Origin: an uncultured delta proteobacterium
GTDB lineage: Bacteria; Desulfobacterota; Binatia; Binatales; Binataceae
Assembly (NCBI GenBank): GCA_963808235.1
Contig: CAWEEQ010000004.1
Span: forward strand, 2,368,001-2,432,000
Length of the DNA stretch: 64,000 nt
Reading direction: 5' to 3'
The position numbers were made by a program, and so were the translations under genes. The notes under the pieces are model-generated. The model saw only the letters and a program-made list of their open reading frames with translations, was not told the origin of the DNA and ran no database searches. Of this stretch, positions 1-10,120 are shown in pieces. Within the stretch, counting starts at the first letter, position 1. Each line of letters opens with the position of its first letter.

Positions 1-686
1 GCCAGCGCCGCGACCTCTTCGGGTTTGCCGTTGCGTCCGAGCGGATGCATGTTGCCGGTACGCTCCCAGACCATCGACGATGCGCCGGCCGGCACGGTGT
101 TGCAGTTCTCGGCGATCGGCGTCTCGATAACGCCCGGGCATATCGAGACGCATCGAATCTTGCTGCGCGCGAAGTCGAGCGCGATTCCTTTCGACATGAT
201 CACGACGCCGCCTTTCGCGGCCTGGTAGGCGCCGAGATTCGGCACGCCTTCGATTCCGGCCCCGCTGGCGGTGTTGATAATCACGCCGCCGCCCTGCTTT
301 TCCATTTGCGGGATCGCGTACTTGCAGCCGAGAAATACGCCCTTCAGGCACACGTCGACGACCCAGTCCCATTCCTCTTCGCTGGTGTTGACGACATTTT
401 TAGGAACGAAAACGCCGGCGTTGTTGAACAGGATATCGAGCCGTCCGAAGGCGCGGACGGTTTCATTGACCATGCGCTCGACCTGCGCGGCGACGCGCAC
501 GTCGACTGCGATCGATTTTGCGATCCCGCCGGCCTTCTCAATTTCAGCGGCGCTGTTGCTGGCCGATTCCGCGCGCACGTCAGCGACCATCACCTTCGCG
601 CCTTCTTGCGCAAAGCGAATCGCGCTCGCGCGCCCGATTCCCGAGCCAGCGCCGGTTATCAATGCGACTTTATCTTTGAGCAACAT
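1..686 (-). CDS. SDR family oxidoreductase (3' end runs off window)
   Basis: Manual translation from ATG at 686 (RBS AAAGGAG upstream): MLLKDKVALITGAGSGIG...NNAG...YQAAK, i.e. TGxxxGxG, NNAG and YxxxK motifs. Absent from the ORF track because it is truncated. Confidence 0.9.
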   Translation of the reverse strand, partial: MLLKDKVALITGAGSGIGRASAIRFAQEGAKVMVADVRAESASNSAAEIEKAGGIAKSIAVDVRVAAQVERMVNETVRAFGRLDILFNNAGVFVPKNVVNTSEEEWDWVVDVCLKGVFLGCKYAIPQMEKQGGGVIINTASGAGIEGVPNLGAYQAAKGGVVIMSKGIALDFARSKIRCVSICPGVIETPIAENCNTVPAGASSMVWERTGNMHPLGRNGKPEEVAAL

Positions 687-1605
687 CGTAATGCTCCTTT
701 TCGATCTTGTCGAAGACCGATGACCGACTATCGGCGGAAATGCGCTGGGCTGTCCAGACCGGCAGATCGCGTTCGTACGGGAAGTCGGCGAGATGGCGCT
801 CGATCGCTGCCTCGTCACCATAACAATCGCGCCGGGTCAGAATATGAATCGCGAACGCAGCGAAAGGCAGGTAGATGAACACGCTCGCCCATCCGATATT
901 CGACGCGCCGATTCGGAACAACATCGTGATTCCGAAAATTACGATGCCCGAATAGAGCGCCGGCCCGAGCAACGCGCGCGAAGGCATCGCAGGAATCGAG
1001 CCGGCGGGTTTGCCCGCGCCGCGATTTAGAGCCGCGTCGAGCAACTGGAAAATCGCGATCGAGATCGCCGCGACGAAGAACCATCCCAGGTAGTTGCTGA
1101 TCGGCACTCCGAAATGCGGCCCGGGCGGGTCGTACCAGAAAATCTTGCCGAGGAACCACCGGTCGCCGAGCACACTCAAGGGATCGACGACCATGTCGAT
1201 CATGACCATGAACAACGCGGCCATCAGCCATACTCGCGGGGCGCGACGAAGTTTCCAGGTATCGAGGATTCGCAAATCGGCGCCGCGGCGGTAGAGCGGC
1301 GAACTCAACAGCATCGCGACCGTGTAGCTGGCGAAGCCGAGAAATGTGAAGGAGAGCGAATCCATGAACGGGACGCCGAACACCCAGATCTCACGGCCGC
1401 GAGTCGCCTCGACATAATGATAAAGCCCGAATGGGAATCCGTTGTGGACCGACGACCATTCGCAAGCGAGCGACACGACGTAGGTCAGCAGCGTAAAAAG
1501 AATCGTCGTGCGAAATCCGAAATTGACGATCGCAATAAACAGGAAGCTCGCCAGAAAAATAAACACATACGGGCGCAGTGCGATCGTGGAGAGGAGCAGA
1601 TGCAT
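670..1605 (-). CDS. CruF/DUF422-like carotenoid-biosynthesis membrane protein (putative hydratase)
   Basis: Multi-TM protein with GFPFGLYHY, GVP, DMVVDP and GVPISNYLGW motifs typical of the Caroten_synth/CruF family. Confidence 0.75.
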   Translation of the reverse strand: MHLLLSTIALRPYVFIFLASFLFIAIVNFGFRTTILFTLLTYVVSLACEWSSVHNGFPFGLYHYVEATRGREIWVFGVPFMDSLSFTFLGFASYTVAMLLSSPLYRRGADLRILDTWKLRRAPRVWLMAALFMVMIDMVVDPLSVLGDRWFLGKIFWYDPPGPHFGVPISNYLGWFFVAAISIAIFQLLDAALNRGAGKPAGSIPAMPSRALLGPALYSGIVIFGITMLFRIGASNIGWASVFIYLPFAAFAIHILTRRDCYGDEAAIERHLADFPYERDLPVWTAQRISADSRSSVFDKIEKEHYDVAQR

Positions 1606-1618
1606 CGCGGATGCCTGC

Positions 1619-2623
1619 CTACGCGGCGCTCTTCGCGGCGCCGTGCGATCGGAAGAACTCGATCGCGGCGGTCAGCGCCGAGTCGATCGGACCCGGCGAA
1701 TAGCCGAGCTCGGCGCGCGCCTTCGACGAGTCGAAGAACATCCGCTTTCGCGACATCCGCACTTCGGTCAGGCTGGCGCGCGGGGCTCGACGCGTGACGG
1801 TGCGCGCAAGCGCTTCGGCGCCGAGTGCGAATCCGAACGCTACGGCATAGGGAATCCTCATTTTCGGACCGGGCAGTCCCGAAATCGCGGCGAGCCGCTC
1901 CAGGAATTCCTTGAGAGTCAGGTTCTCTCCGCCAAGAATATATTTCTCGCCGACTCGGCCGCGCTCCGCCGCCAGCAGATGGCCGCGCGCAACGTCTTCG
2001 ACATCGACGATATTAAGCCCCGTCTCGACATAAGCGGGCATCCGCCGATTAAGAAAATCCACGATTATTCTTCCCGTCGGCGTCGGCTTAAAGTCGAGCG
2101 CGCCGATCGGCGTAGAGGGATTCACGATTACCACCGGCGCACCCGCGCGCGCGGCTTCGAGCGCCGCCTGCTCCGCCATGTATTTCGAGCGCTTGTAATG
2201 GCCCGTCATCGCGGCGAGCGACGAGGGGGTGTCTTCGCGCCCAACTCCATCGTGCGGAATCCCAAGCGCTCCCACGGTGCTGGTATGAACGATACGCGAC
2301 ACCCCCGCGGCAACTGCGGCGCGGATGACATACCGGGTGCCCTCGAGGTTGGTCGCGTACATCGGCGCGGGATCGGTGAGCCACAGCCGGTAGTCGGCGG
2401 CGACGTGATAAACCTGGTCGCATCCGGCGACCGCGCGCTCGACCGATTGGAAGTGCCGGAGATCGCCGCGCATGATCTCGACGGAGAGGCCGGCGAGCGC
2501 GCTCAAATCCGCGCTCTCGCGGACCAGGACGCGGACCCGATCGCCGCGCGCAAGGAGAGCGCGCACCACGTGGCATCCGACGAATCCGTTTCCGCCCGTG
2601 ACCAGAGCCAACTTGGTCGCCAT
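1619..2623 (-). CDS. hpnA: Hopanoid-associated NAD-dependent epimerase/dehydratase
   Basis: TGGNGFVG, HVAADYRLW, YKRSK, VNPSTPIGALDFKPTPTG; hopanoid cluster context. Confidence 0.9.
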   Translation of the reverse strand: MATKLALVTGGNGFVGCHVVRALLARGDRVRVLVRESADLSALAGLSVEIMRGDLRHFQSVERAVAGCDQVYHVAADYRLWLTDPAPMYATNLEGTRYVIRAAVAAGVSRIVHTSTVGALGIPHDGVGREDTPSSLAAMTGHYKRSKYMAEQAALEAARAGAPVVIVNPSTPIGALDFKPTPTGRIIVDFLNRRMPAYVETGLNIVDVEDVARGHLLAAERGRVGEKYILGGENLTLKEFLERLAAISGLPGPKMRIPYAVAFGFALGAEALARTVTRRAPRASLTEVRMSRKRMFFDSSKARAELGYSPGPIDSALTAAIEFFRSHGAAKSAA

Positions 2624-2627
2624 CAGA

Positions 2628-4013
2628 TTAGATTTGCGCGCCGGCGCGCGCGATGACCGCTGCGGCGGCGGCCCGGCCGGAAATTACGGCGCTCTCGATA
2701 GTCGCCGGGAGGCCGGTCTGTATCCAGTCGCCGGCAAGGAAAAAATTCGGAATTGGAGTCTTCGCGGCCGGCCGCAATTCGTGCGAGCGCAAATCCGGCG
2801 CCATGGTCGCGTTTTTCTCTTTGAGTACGATCGACTTGACGACCTTCGCATCGCGCGACTCCGGGATCATCGCATGCAGATCGTTCAGCACGATCTCCAG
2901 GAGCTCATCGCTGCCGCGCTCGACCAGGCTTCGCGCCCCGCTGATCACGAAACTCATGTAGCCCGGATGCGTCTCGCCGCGCTGGGTGAAAATCCGCCGC
3001 TTGTTGAATAGCCACTGAGTAGTCGTGCCGATAAAGCCGACGAACGGACGATTAGTCACTTCGCGATCGAGCCAGATATGCACGCAGATGATCGGCGAGC
3101 TGGTAAGACCTGTCAGCCGCGCGAAGAAAGGATCGGCGATCGCATTTTCAGGAATGAAGCGGAGCAACTGCGGCGCCGGAACCGCGGAGATAAAATTTGC
3201 GGCTTCGATCCTGCGCCCGTCGCGCAAGCGGACGCTCGCAACGACTCCGCCCGGCCCAAGCTCGAGCATCTCGACTATCGAGTGCGACTCAACCGCGCCG
3301 CCCGCGCGCTCGACAAGCCGCTTCGAGCCGGTGCAGTACAGCTCGGTAAGCCCGACCCGCGAATAGACGAATGCCGAATCGCGCCGGCGTGAGAAAAACG
3401 CGCGCTTCAAAACTTCGGCCAGCAACTCGGCTGACGACGAACCCGGCTCGTCGTTCAAAGTCGCGATCGACATCGGATACCAGAAACATTGCCGCGCCCA
3501 TTGCGATTGCCCGAGACGATCCATGAGCTGGGTCACGGTCAGGCGGCGCAGTTCGCCATCGCCGAGCCGGCGCATCGCAAGCATTCGGAGTCCCCCGCGC
3601 ATCACGCCGATTCGATCCGCGATGCTCAGATGCCGGTAGCCGAGCAACGCGCCGGTCATGTGCAGCGGACCAGGAAGCCGCACGGTTTTGAGCAGCGCGC
3701 TTCGTCCCGGTCCGGCGAGCATTTCGATTTCCAGGTTCTCGTGAAATACAAGTTCATCGCTCGCGCCGATTCGATCGAGGAAGTCGAGCGTCTGGGCGTA
3801 GCATCCCATCAGCACATGTTGTCCGTTGTCGACGAAGTCGCCGGTGTCGAGATCGGCAAACGAGTACGCGCGACCGCCGAGTGCGGGTTTGCCCTCGAGC
3901 ACCGTGACCCGGAATCCTTTTTCCGCCAGCGCGACGGCCGCGCTGAGTCCAGCAAAGCCCGCGCCGATCACAACCGCGTGGCTGGACGGCGCCGCATGAC
4001 TAGCAACCGCCAT
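2628..4013 (-). CDS. hpnE: Hydroxysqualene dehydroxylase
   Basis: GAGFAG FAD motif, DNGQHVLMGCY, LAGDWIQTGLPATIESAV; follows hpnCD. Confidence 0.9.
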   Translation of the reverse strand: MAVASHAAPSSHAVVIGAGFAGLSAAVALAEKGFRVTVLEGKPALGGRAYSFADLDTGDFVDNGQHVLMGCYAQTLDFLDRIGASDELVFHENLEIEMLAGPGRSALLKTVRLPGPLHMTGALLGYRHLSIADRIGVMRGGLRMLAMRRLGDGELRRLTVTQLMDRLGQSQWARQCFWYPMSIATLNDEPGSSSAELLAEVLKRAFFSRRRDSAFVYSRVGLTELYCTGSKRLVERAGGAVESHSIVEMLELGPGGVVASVRLRDGRRIEAANFISAVPAPQLLRFIPENAIADPFFARLTGLTSSPIICVHIWLDREVTNRPFVGFIGTTTQWLFNKRRIFTQRGETHPGYMSFVISGARSLVERGSDELLEIVLNDLHAMIPESRDAKVVKSIVLKEKNATMAPDLRSHELRPAAKTPIPNFFLAGDWIQTGLPATIESAVISGRAAAAAVIARAGAQI

Positions 4014-4018
4014 TTCGA

Positions 4019-4944
4019 TCAACCGCGCAGCGCGCCGAATCGTCCCGTCGCCCAGGCGCGTCCGACCAGGTAGAGCTTGTGCGGAGCGGAGAGCCGGTGA
4101 CGCCGGTCGAGCACCCGATAGTTTGACTTGATAATCCGTTCAAGCAACGCGGCGTAAATAAGGCGCATCGCCTCGGCCGTCAGCAGCGTCGATCGATCTT
4201 CCGCAGCGAGCGCCGATTTGAGCGGCCGCGTACAGTTCCCGCGCGCGTTTCGCTTCGAAGTCCATCAGCGCGACGAAGTTTGCCGAGTACACGCCGCCCA
4301 GGATTTCATCTTCGCTGACGTTGAATCGCGCGAGGTCTTCCAGCGGAAGATAAATCCGCCCGCGCTCCGCATCCTCGCGCACATCGCGCAGAATATTGGT
4401 CAACTGAAGCGCGAGCCCAAGGTTCTCCGCGTACAGCTTGGCCGACGGATTGCGGTAGCCGAATATCTCGATGCAGATGAGGCCCAGCGCCGACGCGACG
4501 CGATAGCAGTACGGCCTCAGCTCTGCGAAAGTTTGATAGCGCTTGCGTCGAGAGATCCATCTCGACGCCCGCGATAATTTCCTCGAAGAGCTCGCGCGGA
4601 ATGTTGAATCGCCGCACGCTATCGGCGAGCGCGCGGGACAGCGCTCGCGTCGGCACGCCCGCATACACGCGGTGAAGTTCCTCGCGCCACCGCTTGAGCA
4701 GGCGCGCCGGCTCGCCAATCGATTCGTCGTCGGCGATATCATCTATGAATCGGCAGAACGCATACACCGCGTAGAGCGCGCGGCGGCGGTCGGGCGGCAG
4801 CAGAACGAACGCATAGTAAAAGCTCGACCTCGATCGTCGCGTGATTTGCGCGCAGCGTTCGTAATCCGCGTCGAGCGAGGCGTCGTTGCGAAGAGCGCTC
4901 GCCTCGTTAGCAATCACGTTGCTATCAGGCTTCAAGGCGTCCAC
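4019..4944 (-). CDS. hpnD: Presqualene diphosphate synthase; two apparent +1 frameshifts (~4548, ~4218)
   Basis: SSFYYAF, FCRFIDDIAD, YCYRVAS and LQLTNILRDVRED are spread over three frames; removing one base at each site gives a continuous ORF ending TGA at 4019. Confidence 0.85.
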
Positions 4945-5852
4945 GAAGTGCGTTCCATCCGAGTTTCAGGTAGTCCACCTTGCCGAGCTTCGGCCGCCTC
5001 CAGAATACATCGTATTGAATCCGATCGATCGCACGCAGTATCGCGAGTCCGCCGCCGGCGAACATCAGGAGGTCGCGGCTGAGGCGCTTGTCGACCCGCC
5101 GGTAGAGTTCGCCGCCTTCAATCAGCATCGTGCGCGCGACTCCGACTTCGTGCCCCATCAATTCCAGGAACCCGCGCGATGACGTGTGCGCCGCGAGATC
5201 GGCAGCCGTGACTCCGAAGCGTTCCATGTCGCGGCGCGGCAGATAGATTCGTCCCTTGTCAAGATCGACCGCGACATCCTGCCAGAAATTCGCGAGCTGC
5301 AGGCCGCTGCAAATCAGATCCGACAGATGCTGCCGCTCAGCATCGCGATAACCGAAAAGATAGAGCACCAACCGACCGACCGGGTTCGCCGAATGGCGCG
5401 AGTAGCCGAGCAGGTCGTCGAGCGTTTCGAAACCCTTGAAATCGACGTCGGAGCGAAACGCCGTGAGCAGATCCTTGAACGGCTCGCGGGGAATGTCGAA
5501 TCGACGGACGGTGTCTGCGAGCGCGATGAACACCGGATGACGCGGCTTACCTGCGTACGCGCCTTCGAGTTCGCGCTCCCAATTGATCCAGCATCGCGAG
5601 GTCGTGATGCTCATCGGCAAAGTCGTCGGCCATTCGAGCGTACGCATATATCGCGTACATGTGCGGGCGCATCTCGCGCCGCATCAGCCACGACGCGATC
5701 GTGAAATTTTCATAGTGCGATTTCGCAAGCCGCGCGCAGAATTCGTATGACGCAGCGAGGTCGTAGCTCCCCGCGGGCGGCGCCGCCGTGGGCACCGTGT
5801 TCACCGCGTAGCCGGTCGCATCGTTTCGCAGATGAGCGCGCGCACTCTGCAT
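4925..5852 (-). CDS. hpnC: Squalene synthase HpnC; one apparent +1 frameshift (~5585)
   Basis: HYENFTIAS and YAYARMADDFADE in one frame; SANPVGRLVL and QLANFWQDV in the next. Start could be 5852 (ATG) or 5804 (GTG). Confidence 0.85.
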
Positions 5853-5856
5853 CGGA

Positions 5857-7026
5857 TCAGGCCGCCGCCGGTCTTGCGCCGACCAGTTCGCGCGCGGCCG
5901 CGCGTGCCCACCCATCGGTCTCGAGCAAATCTTCGATCGTTCGGGCCGGTGAATTCGAATGTCGGCGCATGACGGCTTCGATATGCCGGGGAATATCGAC
6001 GAAGGGCACCCGTCCGGCCAGGAAGCTTGCCACCAGTTCCTCGTTGGCGGCGTTGAGGCACGCGGGCATCGTGTTACCCGCCGCGAGCGCCTCGTATGCC
6101 AGCCGGAGACACGGAAACCGCGAAAGATCCGGCTCTTCGAATGTGAGGCGTGAATTTTCCGCCAGCGAGAGCGGCTTCAGATGAGTCATCGGCAGCCGTT
6201 CCGGATACGCGAGCGCGTACGCAACCGGAATCGCCATGTCGGGAATCGCCATCTCGGCAATCACGGAGCCGTCGATCATCTCGACCATCGAGTGAATCAC
6301 GCTCTGCGGATGAATCACCACCGAAACTTCCGCCGCCGTCAGATCGAACAGCCATCTCGCCTCGATCACTTCCAGTCCCTTGTTCATCAGGGTCGCCGAA
6401 TCGATCGTGATCTTGCTGCCCATCTTCCAGGTCGGATGTTTCAGCGCCTGCTCGATTGTAATCGACGCGAAGCGTTCGGCGGGAAGTTCGCGAAATGGTC
6501 CACCCGACGCGGTCAGAATGATCCGCTTCAGCGATTCGCGTCCGCGCCCTTCGAGGCATTGAAAAATCGCGTTGTGCTCGCTGTCCACCGGCAGCAGGCG
6601 CACCTGATTCGAGCGCACTGCCGCCGTGATCAACTCGCCCGCGATCACCAGCACTTCCTTGTTGGCGAACGCGATGTCCTTGCCCGCGTTGATCGCGGCG
6701 AAGGTCGGACGCAGGCCCATCGCGCCCACCAGCGCCGACATCACCAGCCGCGCCTCAGGATGCGTCGCGACCGCCACCGCGCCTTCGAGACCGTGCACTA
6801 TCGTCACCCGCTCAGTGCGCAGCCGCGTCGCGAGTTCGCGCGCAAGCTCCGGCGTCGCGACCGAAACCAATTCGGGATGAAAGCCCTTCACCTGTTCGAC
6901 GAGCAGATCGAGATTGCTGCCTGCCGCGATCGCTACTACTCGGAAGCGATCGCTGAAACGCCCCACCACGTCGAGCGTGGTGACGCCGACCGATCCGGTC
7001 GAGCCGAGAATCGAAATCGCTTTCAT
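5857..7026 (-). CDS. dxr: 1-deoxy-D-xylulose-5-phosphate reductoisomerase
   Basis: LGSTGSVG, ANKE, LPVDSEHNAIFQ, TASGGPFR, HPTWKMGSKITIDSATLMNKGLEVIEA. Confidence 0.97.
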   Translation of the reverse strand: MKAISILGSTGSVGVTTLDVVGRFSDRFRVVAIAAGSNLDLLVEQVKGFHPELVSVATPELARELATRLRTERVTIVHGLEGAVAVATHPEARLVMSALVGAMGLRPTFAAINAGKDIAFANKEVLVIAGELITAAVRSNQVRLLPVDSEHNAIFQCLEGRGRESLKRIILTASGGPFRELPAERFASITIEQALKHPTWKMGSKITIDSATLMNKGLEVIEARWLFDLTAAEVSVVIHPQSVIHSMVEMIDGSVIAEMAIPDMAIPVAYALAYPERLPMTHLKPLSLAENSRLTFEEPDLSRFPCLRLAYEALAAGNTMPACLNAANEELVASFLAGRVPFVDIPRHIEAVMRRHSNSPARTIEDLLETDGWARAAARELVGARPAAA

Positions 7027-7036
7027 CGCATCGTGC

Positions 7037-8995
7037 TCATACGGACCCGTTCTCCATCACGCGCCGGCGGAAACGTCCCAGCGCCATCAACGGAAAATAG
7101 TGGGGATACAAATGGTAACGAAGATAAAAGTGATTCGGAAAGCCGTTGCCGGTCGATTCGGTCTCGTCCCAAGCGCCTTCATCGTTCTGCCGCTCTGAGA
7201 GCCACTGTGCGCCACGCGTCGCGTGATCGCTCAAGCCCGCTTCGCCCGCGAGCAATCCGATCAACGCCCACGCGGTTTGCGAGGCGGTGCTGGTTCCGCG
7301 CCCGTGCCACGCAGGATCGCGGTCCGAGAGCGGACTCTCGCCCCATCCGCCGTCGGGATTCTGCTTCGACTTGAGCCATTGCACTGAGCGCTTGATCCAC
7401 GGCTCGTTGATATCGACGCCGATCGCGCGCAGGCCGGAGAGCGCCGAGAAAGTGCCGTAGATGTAATTGATTCCCCAGCGTCCCCACCATCCGCCTTGAG
7501 CCGCCTGATTTTTCTTCAGCCACTCGATCGCACGTCGCGCGACCGGATGATCGGCGCGGTAACCGACCGACGCCATCATCTCGAGCACGCGTCCGGTCAA
7601 GTCGGGGCACGACGGATCCGTAACCGCTTCCACGTCTGCGAGCGGCACGTGATTGAGCCAGGTAGCATTGTTGTCGGCGTCGAACGCCGCGAAGCCGCCG
7701 TCTTTCGATTGCATCCCCATTACCCAATTTGCGCCGGCCCGAATCGAGCGTTCCTTGAGCGCCGGATCGCCGCCGCTCGAATCGGCAAGCACCGACAAAA
7801 TGACCGCCGAATCATCAACGTCGGGATACCAGTCATTGTAAAACTCGAACGCCCATCCGCCCGGTTCGAGATCCGGGCGCTTGATCGACCAATCCCCTTT
7901 TTTGAATATCTGGTGATCGAAAAACCACTGCGCAGTCTGCTTCAACGCCGGATGATCGCCCGGCAGATCGGAATCGAGCAGCGCCTTTCCGGCCAGAGCG
8001 GTGTCCCAGTTCACCGAGACGCACGGCATGTACATCGCGTAATCGGAAAAATTCCAGATCAGTTCCCGCGACGCCTCGATCGCCTTTTTCAGCACGGGAT
8101 GGTCGTTGCGATACCCGTTGGCTTTCAGAGCCATCGCGCTCAGCAAGTAGCACGGCTCGATTCCGCCCCACGATCCGTTGGCTTCCTGATGCTCGAGGAT
8201 CCAGTTTTCGACATAGCTTAGGCCGCGCGCGCGCAGAGACTTGAGCCGATGCCGATCGTAAAATCTTAGCCCTGTGTCGGCGACGTTGAACGCGTTGCGC
8301 AGCGAAAAAAACTTGGCGCCTTTCGGCTGCTTGAATTTTGTGAAATGCGGCGGCTCGATAAAGAGTTCCAGGACGCCGCGCTGATAGTCGATTTTTTTCT
8401 CCGGCCGCGCAGCCTGCAACAGCATCAGCGCCATCATCGTTCCGCGCGCCCACGAACCCAGCTCGTAAATGTTGAATGGAAACCAATTTGGGAACAGCGA
8501 GACTTCAACCGGCACCGCGGCGGTCGCGTCCCACGTAATCTGACCCATAGCAGCCAGGTAAAAACGTGCGAGCGTCCCGCAATTTACGATTCCGCCCTTG
8601 GAGAGAATCCACCGCCGCGCGGCTGCCATCGGCTCGTCGCCGGCCCGCATTCCGGTAAGCTTGAGCGCGAAGTAACTCTCGATCGAACTCGAAAGATAAC
8701 CCTCGCCGCCGCGATAAAGCGGCCAGCTTCCGTCCGAGCTTTGGGCGTCGAGCAGATGCTTCTTCAGGCGCGCTTCGAGTTCGAGATCGACCGTGTCCAT
8801 GAAGTGATTGAAGATGATGAACTCCGCGTTCATCTCCGCGTTCGCCTCGAGCGGCGCGTGCCAGTAGCCTTCGGGCTTTTGCAGTGCGATCAGCGCGCGC
8901 TGGGCGCGATCGATCGTGTAATCGATCTTGCCTGCGAACTCATCGCGCGGCGAAATCGCGATCGCCGAATTGCCGATTTCAATCGCCTGGGTCAT
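7037..8995 (-). CDS. shc: Squalene-hopene cyclase
   Basis: DxDD motif (YPDVDDSAV), multiple QW repeats (QKPEGYW, QEANGSW, QNPDGGW, QNDEGAW), GFPNHFYLRY. Confidence 0.97.
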   Translation of the reverse strand: MTQAIEIGNSAIAISPRDEFAGKIDYTIDRAQRALIALQKPEGYWHAPLEANAEMNAEFIIFNHFMDTVDLELEARLKKHLLDAQSSDGSWPLYRGGEGYLSSSIESYFALKLTGMRAGDEPMAAARRWILSKGGIVNCGTLARFYLAAMGQITWDATAAVPVEVSLFPNWFPFNIYELGSWARGTMMALMLLQAARPEKKIDYQRGVLELFIEPPHFTKFKQPKGAKFFSLRNAFNVADTGLRFYDRHRLKSLRARGLSYVENWILEHQEANGSWGGIEPCYLLSAMALKANGYRNDHPVLKKAIEASRELIWNFSDYAMYMPCVSVNWDTALAGKALLDSDLPGDHPALKQTAQWFFDHQIFKKGDWSIKRPDLEPGGWAFEFYNDWYPDVDDSAVILSVLADSSGGDPALKERSIRAGANWVMGMQSKDGGFAAFDADNNATWLNHVPLADVEAVTDPSCPDLTGRVLEMMASVGYRADHPVARRAIEWLKKNQAAQGGWWGRWGINYIYGTFSALSGLRAIGVDINEPWIKRSVQWLKSKQNPDGGWGESPLSDRDPAWHGRGTSTASQTAWALIGLLAGEAGLSDHATRGAQWLSERQNDEGAWDETESTGNGFPNHFYLRYHLYPHYFPLMALGRFRRRVMENGSV

Positions 8996-9052
8996 ATCTC
9001 ACCTGATCTCTACTTTCGGCTACGCGCCGTGTGCGAAATAATCGCGGCCGTT

Positions 9053-10120
9053 TTATGGAATCACCGCACATTTGAGCGCCGCGCCGCGCTCGAGCATCGA
9101 AAATACTTCCGCCAGATCGCCAAGCCGCCTCCGCGCGTTGACGATCGCGCCGGCATTCAGCCCGCGCCCCGCCAGCAACTCGTAGGCGCGGCGCACGTCG
9201 CGGGGGCGGAAATGAAACGGCGCAATCAAAGTTAAATTGTCGTAATGCATCCGGCGCGTATCGACACGAAGCTCTGTGCCGGCCGGACATCCACCGAAAA
9301 ACACCACCCGTCCACCGCGTCGCACCCGCGCGAGCGCATCCTGCCAACCCTCGACCTGCCCCGTGCATTCGATCACGAGGTCGGGTCCGAAGCCGCTGTT
9401 GACTCTTGCGATCTCATCAGCCGCGTCGACGCCGCGCGCATCGACCACCGAGTCGGCGCCCAGCTCCGAGGCCCACTTGAGACGCTCCGCGCCGCGCCCG
9501 ACGACGACCACCTCGCGCACGCCCGACGCTTTTAGCACCAGCATGTGCAGCAGGCCGAACGCGCCGGCGCCGATAATCACCACGGTTTCGGATTTTTCCG
9601 GCCGCGCCATTTCGTTCGCGTGAACCACGCATGCGAGCGGTTCGAGCAGCGCCGCTTCCTCGAACGGCAGATTTGCGGGCTTGATAAAAGTGTTTCGCGC
9701 GACCACGTGCTGCGGCAGAAGGAGCAGGTCCGCGTACGCACCGAGCACCATCCGCCCGACCGCATCGGCGCAGAGATTTTCCTGTCCGTGCTGGCAATAG
9801 AAACAAATCCCGCATGGCGCGGTCGGCGCCGCCATGATCTCGTCGCCGACCTTGAATGCGCTCACGCCCGCGCCACGCTCTTCCACCACGCCCGAGAACT
9901 CGTGCCCGAACGGAGTCGGCATCTTCCACAGCGGATGCCCGCGCCGGAAAGTTTTGAGATCTGTGCCGCAGCTCAATGCGCACCGAACCCTGATCAGCAG
10001 TTCACCCGGCCCCGGATCAGGCGGGGTAAAGTCGCGCAACTCGAGTCGGCCTGGCTCGACTAGCACCGCCTGGCGCGATTGCGTCTGCGATATGTTCAGC
10101 GTTCGTTCCGCAGCGCTCAC
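9053..10120 (-). CDS. Zinc-dependent alcohol/polyol dehydrogenase (MDR family)
   Basis: CGTD, GHEFSG, CGICFYC...C structural Zn, GAGAFG; GTG start overlaps the ispA stop (GTGA). Confidence 0.9.
   Translation of the reverse strand: MSAAERTLNISQTQSRQAVLVEPGRLELRDFTPPDPGPGELLIRVRCALSCGTDLKTFRRGHPLWKMPTPFGHEFSGVVEERGAGVSAFKVGDEIMAAPTAPCGICFYCQHGQENLCADAVGRMVLGAYADLLLLPQHVVARNTFIKPANLPFEEAALLEPLACVVHANEMARPEKSETVVIIGAGAFGLLHMLVLKASGVREVVVVGRGAERLKWASELGADSVVDARGVDAADEIARVNSGFGPDLVIECTGQVEGWQDALARVRRGGRVVFFGGCPAGTELRVDTRRMHYDNLTLIAPFHFRPRDVRRAYELLAGRGLNAGAIVNARRRLGDLAEVFSMLERGAALKCAVIP

Noticed and set aside
4019-5852. hpnC/hpnD as true pseudogenes, or as carotenoid crtB
   Set aside because: Motifs are intact once single bases are removed; the hpnC-hpnD-hpnE order next to shc indicates squalene synthesis
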